DNA of 64,000 bases. Source: Octopus sinensis (lineage: Eukaryota). Location: positions 6,758,001 through 6,822,000 of the forward strand of contig NC_043010.1 of assembly GCF_006345805.1 (NCBI RefSeq), given 5' to 3'. Below are positions 54,481-64,000 of the stretch, one piece after another; positions within the stretch are counted from its first letter, which is position 1; every line of letters begins with the position of its first letter. The position numbers and the translations under genes are program-made. Under the pieces are notes generated by a model. That model was not told the origin of the DNA. It was given only the letters and a program-made list of their open reading frames with translations, and made no database searches.

Positions 54481-55242
54481 ACAGTGAGTTAGTGACAGTA
54501 AGAGAAATATAGAAACTGATGGATAGAAAGAAAGGCAGATATACAGAGAAAGAGAGAGGGAAGTAGGGTGAAAGAAGTAGGGTGAAAGAGCAGGAGAGAA
54601 GATTTAGATATAGAAAGCAATATAGAGAGATATAGGGAGACGAAATAGAGAAAAATAGAGAGAAAGCAATAGAAATAGAGAGGCCTTCAGTTCTATGAAG
54701 TGTGATGTGTATATAATGTCTGCTGTAGCCACTGAGTCACTGATTAAACTTTACATGGGAAGAAAAACCAAAACCTTGCTTCTTCCATTCCTTGAAGCAT
54801 GAAAACAAATTGTTTATTATGTTTGTTTTTGTGTTCATCAATTTGTGTTTGATTTGTTTACTATCTAGCTATTTGTGTATATTTGTGTGTATATAACTGT
54901 TTATATATACACCTATGTCAAGGCATATGTTTAGAGATCTGTATATACATGTACATACATATACATATATATATATACATACATATATATATATATATGT
55001 ATATATATATAATATATATATGCATATATATACATATATATCTATACATTATATATATATACTATAATAATATATACACATATATACCTATGCCTCAGCC
55101 GATTGGCTGAAACAAGTAAAAGAGTAAAAGAGTATACATATATATACATATATATACATATATATATTACATATATATATATACACATATATATATATAC
55201 ATATATATATATACACATATATATATACATATATATAATAAC

Positions 55243-55299
<57 letters not shown>

Positions 55300-55301
55300 A
55301 T

Positions 55302-55348
<47 letters not shown>

Positions 55349-55826
55349 TTAGATAGATAGATAGATAGATAGAAGTATAACCACACACGTATTTGAATTT
55401 ATATCAATGCATATTTATTTGCATGTCAACATAGATTCACATGCAGGTATACAGTTCAATTCAGCTCAATGCAGAAGAATGTGTGTGTGTGTGTGCGTGC
55501 ACACATGCATGTGTGTATATATAAATGTGTGTATATATAAATGTTTGTGTGTGTGTGCATGCACACATGCATGTGTGTATATATAAATGTGTGTTTGTGT
55601 ATAGATATGTATATCTATATGTATACATATATTTTCACATATATATTACACATACATACACGCACACATATGTATGTATATGAATATATAATCATGTGTA
55701 TATAGATCTGATAAACCTTGACAGAGATGTATGTATAAGCAGTTATATACATATTCAAACATACACACACACATAAATGCATATGTATGAATATGCATGT
55801 ATATAAACACATATATACACATTTAT

Positions 55827-55868
<42 letters not shown>

Positions 55869-57785
55869 TATATGCATAACACACATGTACAGATATATAT
55901 ACATACGCATATATACATGTGAATGTATATACTTGTGAGTATGTATAAAAGTGAAACTATGTGTAAGCTAAGAGTTTATGTGAACAGAAGTGATTTATAC
56001 ATGTATATGCATGCATTTTTAGCATGTGGAGGTATATAAGGAATAATGCTTGAATGGCTGGGATGGGGTATTTTGAGGTGAGGGTGGTGGGTTTTCTTTT
56101 AAAGAAATTTTAATACTTTCCTTGATGGTAATTATTTGATCCTAATTTTTGATTAGCATATATATACATAATTTTAATTAAGAAAAATTTAACTCAAAAT
56201 TTGGAAATACATGAAATCTAGGTTAATAGTTGCAATTTGATAGCTTGTGCCCATATTGAAGAAACACAAATTTTCTAAAACTCTATAAATAAACTACCAA
56301 TACCATAAATGGAAAGTATTGATTTTTTTTTCTTGGTCTCAAAGATTACTTCAGTTTTAATTCTCACACCCTGAGTATTCTGAAGATTGTCAATGAATTT
56401 AACAACGTCTAATTGAATTAAGGGGAAAATCTTTCATGTTGAAAATTATCGTCTAATCAAGAATTAAGACTTGCATCAACGTGATTAAATTTCTAATGCG
56501 GTGTTAGGAAGTGTGGAGATCTTAAAGATATAAACAGGCGTAAACAATGATCTTCTATTGATTTCTCATAGAAAGCAATGTATTAAGAAATGATTCTCAC
56601 CAAGCAATTAGCATGATTAGTAATATTCAATTAAATTAAGTGTAGATGAAATATTTTCCGAATGAAAATTATTCCTTACTAAACAATTAGAATGTTAAAA
56701 ATTTTCAATTTGCTCTTCACAATCTCCCATCGTTTTCAGCTCTTCCCAACCCATTGCATTAGAGAAGAGAGAGGAAAAAAGGATGAAAAGAAGACAAAAT
56801 AAATCCAAAGAAAAACATACAGAATAAAATAAAGTTATATTTTTTAAAAAATATCTAATAAAATTTAAGAAATTTTTTAAAAAAATGAACAAAATAGAAA
56901 TGGTTTCTTTGCAAAATATTTTTGTGTTGGCCTCCAGCTAATTTTCTATCAAAATGATAAAATAAGAAACAAACCAATAATTGAACAAACTATAGTCAGT
57001 TTAAGGGATTTTGAATTTTTTTAAAAAATGGTTAAAAAAACACTAAAATACAAAATTTGGTAAAGGAAGTTGTTTTTTTCCCTGAAGACATTATAAAGAA
57101 AGCAAAACTAAATGATAGTAAAAAGATGAAACCTGTCAGAAAAATATTGAGAAAATTACATTCTTTAATTTCTCATCAGTTGCATGGGAAGAATATTTTA
57201 AAGACATGTGCTGGTTTTGAATAGGGCTTGTATTTTGCACTCATTGGTCAATAAAAGACACATAACCTCCAGTGTTAAATGGTTCTAAAAGGAACATAAA
57301 ATGTCAAATAAATAAATAAATAAATAAATACACAAATGAATAAAATATATTTAAAAAAAACTCCAACAAACACCCTTTTTACACTATTGGGAATATGGGA
57401 AAATAGAAAGAGACAACATATTGGATTTCTTTGCCAATAATTGATAGCACTAAATCCATCTCTGAACTGCCACTTTCAGCTGTGGCTACTAAGTGACCAG
57501 TTGTATAGGAAAAAAAAAAAAAAGAAATGTTGGTAATGTTTATCATATTACAAAACATACATACATATTATGTGTGTGTATGTGTGTGTGTGTATGTGTG
57601 TATGTATACACACACACACACATACACACACATATATATATATAATATATATATATATAGGGAGAGTTTACGAAAAAACAAAAGACGAAGACAGGTGGTG
57701 TACAAAACAAACAGATGTATTAGTATAACGCTCAGGATTAGAAAAAGTCTTCTACATTTCGAGCCTATATATATATTATATATAT

Positions 57786-57971
57786 ATTTATTATATAGAA
57801 GGAGCTTCTACAGGACTAGAACTGTTTCATTCAAGAGAACTTCCTGAAGATTTCTCTTGAATGAAACAGTCCTATCCTGTAGACAGCTCCTTCTATATAA
57901 TAAATTAATTTTTCTTGTATGTATTGAGTACCTTATTTACTGTGGTTAACCCCGAATCAACCAGGACCTAC
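57786..57971 (+). mobile_element. Short palindromic copy of the 39.5-40.4 kb HHR element
   Basis: Arms 57786-57839 and 57852-57905; HHR-like motif at 57840-57888 with stem I broken by an extra C; same tail (gtattgagtacctta...ggacctac) followed by (TA)n. Confidence 0.7.
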
Positions 57972-57999
57972 ATATATATATATATATATATATATATAC

Positions 58000-58168
58000 T
58001 ACCACTCTTGGAGTGGTTGGCGTTAGGAAGGGCATCCAGCTGTAGAAACACTGCCAGATCTGACTGGACTGGTGCAGCTTTCGGGCTCCCCAGACCCCAG
58101 TTGAACCGTCCAACCCATGCTAGCATGGAAAACGGACGTTAAATGAAGATGATGATGATGATGATGAT
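58000..58168 (+). mobile_element. Family B, 3' fragment
   Basis: gagtggttggcgttaggaagggcatcc...gacgttaaat(GAT)n. Confidence 0.75.
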
Positions 58169-58667
58169 ATATATACATACATATGAAAGAACAAAATGGA
58201 TTTAGCATGTAAAAAAAAGCAAACACAAACATGAAACCTCATAAAGAGTATATGCTAAAATATAAAGTGGTTGTCTCAGACCACACACAATAACACAACA
58301 TTGCAAGTGAACACTTGTAAAATCTTAGCTTTTGTTGTTAAGCACAGAATATTTATCATGTCACACAGAACATGCAATATCAAGCTGGACAACTGATATT
58401 ATCAAATATACCCATTCCAAGCCAAGATATTACACAAACACAAAATCCTTCTGCCAGTAACTTTACATCTTGTTGTGCTTTCAACATGAGTAAGTCATGT
58501 TCTAAGAACTATTCACATTTTTGAAGTACTGAAGAAGACCACTCACTGCTATAGCGAAGTCTGATTGTCAGCTCTGACACCATTGTTGTCATTGACGTTG
58601 GCATCACCAATTCTAAGATGATATTCACCAGCACTATTAAGGCTACCAGCAACATTGCAGTAGTTGT

Positions 58668-58687
58668 TGTTGTTGGTGTTGTGTTGC

Positions 58688-58720
<33 letters not shown>

Positions 58721-58825
58721 CATTGTTGTTGTTATTACTGTTGTTATTACTGATGATGTTGTTACTATTGTAATTATTATTATTATATTATTATTATATT
58801 ATTATTATTATTATTATTATTATTC

Positions 58826-58869
<44 letters not shown>

Positions 58870-58914
58870 TTATTATTATTATTTTATTATATTATTATTA
58901 TTATTATTACTATC

Positions 58915-58984
<70 letters not shown>

Positions 58985-59017
58985 TATTATTATTATTATT
59001 ATTATATTATTATTATT
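58668..59017 (+). repeat. (TTA)n/(TTG)n microsatellite
   Basis: Read directly. Confidence 0.95.
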
Positions 59018-59266
59018 CAGTAGTTTTATTTTTATAGCGTGCTTTCACTTCACTACCGAGCGCATCTCTGTGTGCCTTGGGTATGTGCTGTGATTTGTTG
59101 TGATGCTCTGATGGTTATTGTATGGAAAGTGTTCTGCGTAGGATGTGTGCAGTGCCTAGTAGTGCAATTTTCTGTATGTTATATGTGTTTGTAAGTCCTG
59201 GTGTTTTTGTTATGTATTTGTCTGAATATTTTTTTATCATGCCTAATGCACCTACTATGATAGGAA

Positions 59267-59270
<4 letters not shown>
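59018..59270 (-). mobile_element. 5'-truncated RLE-type non-LTR retrotransposon (R4/Dong/NeSL-like), ORF end plus 3' UTR
   Basis: TIPIIVGALGMI...IQKIALLGTAHILRRTLSIQ* matches the C-terminus of restriction-like-endonuclease LINEs as recalled. (TAA)n lies on both sides. Confidence 0.7.
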
Positions 59271-59327
<57 letters not shown>

Positions 59328-59336
59328 CATCATTGA

Positions 59337-59777
59337 AAGCAAAGATCTGGCATTACCATGCTGGACGAAATGCTTAGCAGTATTTCGCCCATTGCTTTGT
59401 TCTGAGTTCAAATTCCACCGAGGTCGACTTGGCTTTTCATCCTTTTGAAGTCGATAAAATAATCACCAATTGAGTAGTGGGGTTGGTGTAATCAACTAGC
59501 CCCTTCCCTCAAATTTCAGGCCTTGTGCCTATAGTAGAAAGGATTGTCATCATCATCATCATCATCAAGGCAGTAAGATGGTAGAATATTTAGTATGGCA
59601 GACACAATGCTCAATGGTATTTTGTCTGTCTTTACATTCTGAGTTCAAATTCCACTGAAGCTGACTTTGCCTTTCATCCTTTTGTTGTTGATGAAATTGG
59701 TACCAGCTTAGTACTGGGATTAAAGTAATTGACTAGGCCCCAGTCCTAAAATATCAGGCCCTGTGCTTATAGTAAAA
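59337..59777 (+). mobile_element. Two tandem SINE family C copies separated by (CAT)n
   Basis: ctgagttcaaattccac...gact...cctttcatcc...ggccttgtgcctatagta occurs twice (59337-59545, 59567-59777). Confidence 0.7.
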
Positions 59778-59792
59778 ATAATAACAACAACA

Positions 59793-59830
<38 letters not shown>

Positions 59831-59902
59831 TTTATTGTCATGGTTGTTGTTATATATATGCATATATATATATACATACATATGTATATATCATACATAC
59901 AT

Positions 59903-59955
<53 letters not shown>

Positions 59956-59996
59956 TATATATACATACATATATACATATACATATACATATATAT

Positions 59997-60059
<63 letters not shown>

Positions 60060-60184
60060 GTATAGATATATATTGTTAAAGTTATTACTACAGAAATTAT
60101 AGCCAACACTGTTTTTTTTGATACAGCATTTCGTATTGAGAACTCAGATGTAAAAAAGCAATGTGATCAGAGATGTAAATGAGC

Positions 60185-60239
60185 AATGAATGTATATGCC
60201 ATATTTCAGGGTTTTTTTATCCCTTCATCTGCACCAATC
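60185..60239 (-). ncRNA. Degenerate minimal type I hammerhead (U4->A)
   Basis: Reverse complement: GATTGGTG CAGATGA AGGG ataaaaaaa CCCT GAAA TATGGCATA TA CATTCATT. Confidence 0.45.
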
Positions 60240-60754
60240 TAATCTGCTCTTGCCTCTGAACACATTGCTTACATAGCCACTGCATACAGTGGTGTTAAGT
60301 TATCGGATATACCAATTTACATATTAAACGTATTCCTAGATGTAAATATTAGTGACTTGTAGGCATGTGGTATTTCGTTATGCAACCATAATATATTATA
60401 AAGTATATTAGATGTTTTTATAAATGACTACCTAGTTCTACTGTGTTAGCAGTGCTCTTTACATTATTTTGTTTAGGTTATTTCTACAGAAACTATAGCT
60501 AGCCCTGATTTTTTGCTACAACATTTCATATCAAGACACAGATGTGATTTGCATGGTGTTGACCCATAAAAATATTTACTATACTTTATAGTATATTATG
60601 CCTGCATAACAAAATACCACGTGTCTACAAGTCATTAATATTTACATAACAGCCCCAGGAATGTGTTTAATATGTAAATTGGTATATCCAATAACTTAAC
60701 ACCACTGTATGCAGTGGCTATATAAGCAATGTGTTCAGAGGCAAGAGTGGATTA

Positions 60755-60807
60755 GATGGGTGCTGATGAAGGGGCAAAACCCCCAAAATATGACATATAC
60801 ACTCATT
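60755..60807 (+). ncRNA. Degenerate minimal type I hammerhead (G12->A)
   Basis: GATGGGTG CTGATGA A GGGG caaaac CCCC AAAA TATGACATA TA CACTCATT: stem I pairs, near-palindromic stem III, GAAA changed to AAAA. Confidence 0.5.
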
Positions 60808-61033
60808 ATCCATTTTCGTCTCTGATTTCATTGTTTCTTTACATCTGATGTCTCAATACAAAATGTTGTATTGCTAATGCAATAGAACATGGTGTTCATT
60901 CCTAAAAGCATTTAATATTCTTTATTGTATATTATGGCTGCATAACGAAATATTACATGCCTACAGTATATATACATATGTATGTATATAAACATATATG
61001 CACATGCACACACACACACATATATGTGCAAGC

Positions 61034-61072
<39 letters not shown>

Positions 61073-61196
61073 TGCAGACATAACCATGTATGAATATATG
61101 CATGTGGATATGTGAAAAAGATTTAATTTTGGGGGAAAAAGCCCCCCAAAAATGGTGTTCTTAAAATGAAATTCCTTGCAATATTTGCTCTCCAGT

Positions 61197-61412
61197 AAGG
61201 CGACAAGCTGGAAGAAATGTTACCCTGCCGGGCGAAATGCTTAGCAATATTTCATTTGGCTTTATGTTCTGAGTTCAAATTCTGCCAAGATCGACTTTGC
61301 CTTTCATCATTTTGGGGATCAATAAATTAAGTAGCAGTTGCATACTGGGGGTTGATCTACTTGACTGGTCTCTGTCCCCAAAATTTAGGGCTTTGTGTCT
61401 AGAGCAGAAAAG
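61197..61412 (+). mobile_element. SINE family C
   Basis: aaggcgacaagctgg...gaaatgcttagc...ctgagttcaaattc...tcgactttgcc. Confidence 0.75.
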
Positions 61413-61721
61413 AAAATTTGTTCTCGACTGAATTACTGAAACTCCGATAGTGTTTTGCTCATCAAGAACTGAAGCTGCAAATTAGCGATTTGTCTATTGG
61501 AAATCTGTAACAACAATTACAATATAGAATTAATATAAAATAATAATGAACTTATTTTACACATTGCTCAAGTGCACTACAAGCTCAGAGCATCAACATC
61601 ATTTTATTTAGCTGCTCTATATACAACTATCCCTGAGATTTTCATTATAAAATTTTGAAACATATTTTATAAAATTTTATGCATAGACAGATAACACCTA
61701 TTTAATTTTATCTCTGCTTTC

Positions 61722-61892
61722 ATCCTTTAGCATTTAAACTGGCCATATCTAGCTCAAATATTCTACCTGCTTAATGTTAAAACTGGCCCAATCCATCCCC
61801 TCAGAGTTGCAAGATAATGCACGATTAATTCAAAACAATGTCAGTAAATAAGCATTACCTTTGATAGCATAATTTGAAAGCTAAAGAGTTAG
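61722..61892 (+). mobile_element. Internally deleted MITE family 2 copy
   Basis: cctttagcatttaaactggccatatc...ctacctgc...gctaaagagttag matches both ends of 35431-35650. Confidence 0.55.
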
Positions 61893-62679
61893 GTGACCTT
61901 TTGTCTAAATGGAATAATTGACAATTATCTTAATCACAATCTACATTTTTCAGGTCAGAGACTTCTTCTTTCATTCTACTTTTGGTCAAGTTCAAATGAC
62001 TTGTTTTTGTTGTTTGCTTGAACAAGCCTATGATCAAAGCATGCCATCAGGAACATCCCATCTTTTTTGAGGACTGCTACCAAAGACTATATTACCCAAT
62101 GTACTTTGTTCTTACAAAAGACAATAGGGCATAATTTTAGAGAGGTTTGGCCACTTTTTCTAGAAAGCCAAGCGACCATGTTGGCTTGTATAAAAAAAAA
62201 CAGTCATTTTTATAAACAGCAAATTGTTTTCCTTCCCTACATATCATCACCATCATGATGATGATGATCATCATCTTTTAACATCTACTTTTCTGGCCTT
62301 TTATGAGTTGGACATGATTATGCTGAGACAGAGTTGTCTACAACCAGATATTTCTATTTCGATGTAATAATCTCCCAATCTAACAAACAACAAGCAATCT
62401 AAACATATTTAAATGGAGAACTGGGAACGGACGACCCCATAGAAATGAGTCGTTTGTTTACAAGGATTGTGCAACATATCAGACATATTAAGAAACCCAG
62501 ATGTGCTTTTGTAGTGGACTTCTAGTAAATAAAACCATTCATAAAACCATTGTTTATAGTCACCTTCCTTTTACCATAACATGATATTTATAGTTTATAT
62601 TACTCAACACATATGCACAGTTTTAGGTTTAGTATTCTGTAAAAATAGTCGTAAATTAAAGGAGAGTACTTAACAGTAG

Positions 62680-62980
62680 CAATCCCACTGTATAGCACCT
62701 TGGACAAGTTTCTTTTACTATAGCCCCTGGGCCAGCGAAAACTTTGAGAGTGGATTTAGCAAACAGACACTAAAATAAGCCCATTGTATGTGTGTATTTG
62801 TTGTTCCCCCCCACCACTTGACAACTTGGCTTCTATACATCCTTGTAAGTTAGCAGTTCAGCAAAAGAGAACAATAGAATAAGTACCAGGTTAAGAAGAG
62901 CTAAGTACAGCAGTCAATTCGTTTCATTAAATCCTTTCTAGTGCCCCAGTATGGCTGCAGTTCAAGTAAAAGATGAAAGA
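62680..62980 (+). mobile_element. SINE family A, old diverged copy
   Basis: cccactg...cttggacaag...gagtggattt...gcaaaagaga...atagaataagtac. Confidence 0.55.
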
Positions 62981-63151
62981 TAACTAGTGGGACAACACAA
63001 TATTTTCTGGTGTAATGAAGAAGTTTATTGACCCCCTAATGGAAAGGAGCTCCTTTATCAATCTGCTTGGATTCTTATGCTTCTAAATTAGTGTTGCAAT
63101 TTTACTTTGTCTGTCTCTATTCCGTCCAATGTTTTTTTAAGCATTGGCTAT

Positions 63152-63360
63152 ACTCTTTACTCTTTTACTTGTTTCAGTCATTTGACTGCGGCCATGCTGG
63201 AGCACCACCTTTAGTCAAGCAAATCGACCCCAGAACTTATTCTTTGTAAGCCCAGTACTTATTCTCTCGGTCTCTTTTGCCGAACCGCTAAGTGACAGGG
63301 ACGTAAACACACCAGCATCAGTTGTCAAGCAATGCTAGGGGGACAAACACAGACACACAA

Positions 63361-63399
<39 letters not shown>

Positions 63400-63577
63400 C
63401 ATACATATACATATATACGACAGGCTTCTTTCAGTTTCCGTCTACCAAATCCACTCACAAGGCATTGGTCGGCCCGGGGCTATAGCAGAAGACACTTGCC
63501 CAAGGTGCCACCCACGCAGTGGGACTGAACCCAGAACCATGTGGTTGGTCGGTTAGCAAGCTACTTACCATACAGCC
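63152..63577 (-). mobile_element. SINE family A, full length
   Basis: Reverse complement of the family sequence. Confidence 0.85.
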
Positions 63578-64000
63578 CCATCTAGTTTCCTTTCCAGTAC
63601 CAAAGTTAGAGTCCACGCAGTGCTGCCGTATAATAGTTTTTCCAGCTACATACATAAAACCCCTAACTCTTTATATTCATGGTAAATATCGTTCTATATC
63701 AGACATTATTTTTCTTGTTATGCAATCTGGTCCCCTTGCTTTCTTTACCTTCCAGTTGAGAATTTTATAATTGTACAGTATTTTTCTAACAGCAAGGGTA
63801 CTAAGATCCGTTACCTTATTTTTATTTTCTTTTGCATTGGCATTTATTTTGCATTTAGCTCTGTTTTAAGTATTAATCTAATGCATCTACAATATTCCTT
63901 CCTAATCTTTGCTTTCATTCCTCTGTATTGCACATTGTCTACTTCATTGATTCCTAAGTATTTGTATGACTTTGGACTAATTCTCTTATCTTAGTGTTTT

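Larger units (their letters stand above)
60070..60965. mobile_element. Inverted plus partial-tandem repeat with degenerate HHR motifs (retrozyme-like or Penelope-like)
   Basis: Arms about 60120-60428 and 60562-60872 are diverged reverse complements. Direct partial repeats at 60088/60484 and 60552/60888. HHR-like motifs at 60185-60239 (-) and 60755-60807 (+). Confidence 0.65.

Noticed and set aside
59115-59411. 98-aa ORF joining a SINE, poly-Ile and the LINE C-terminus
   Set aside because: Chance fusion of three adjacent repeats; only the distal part is LINE-derived.

Overview
This is AT-rich, microsatellite-dense animal genomic DNA. The repeat families and the protocadherin type suggest a coleoid cephalopod, probably an octopus (inference). 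One protein-coding gene is well supported: a minus-strand protocadherin. Its large exon (46297-43836) encodes a signal peptide, six cadherin repeats, a transmembrane helix and the start of the cytoplasmic tail. Candidate 5' non-coding and downstream exons are weaker. The rest is intron or intergenic sequence carrying tRNA-derived SINEs, RTE-like 3' tails, TTAA-type MITEs, a fold-back MITE, a deleted maT-like (DD37D) transposon and a truncated RLE-type LINE inside a (TAA)n tract. The most interesting signal is several unrelated repeat families with hammerhead-ribozyme (HHR) motifs, mostly inserted in (TA)n and often arranged as inverted or partial-tandem copies, as in Penelope pLTRs or retrozymes. 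One copy (40278-40328) has a complete type I fold with an intact catalytic core. Almost all short ORFs in the track are microsatellite or SINE artefacts. Alignments were made by eye, so repeat boundaries are approximate (about 10-20 nt).
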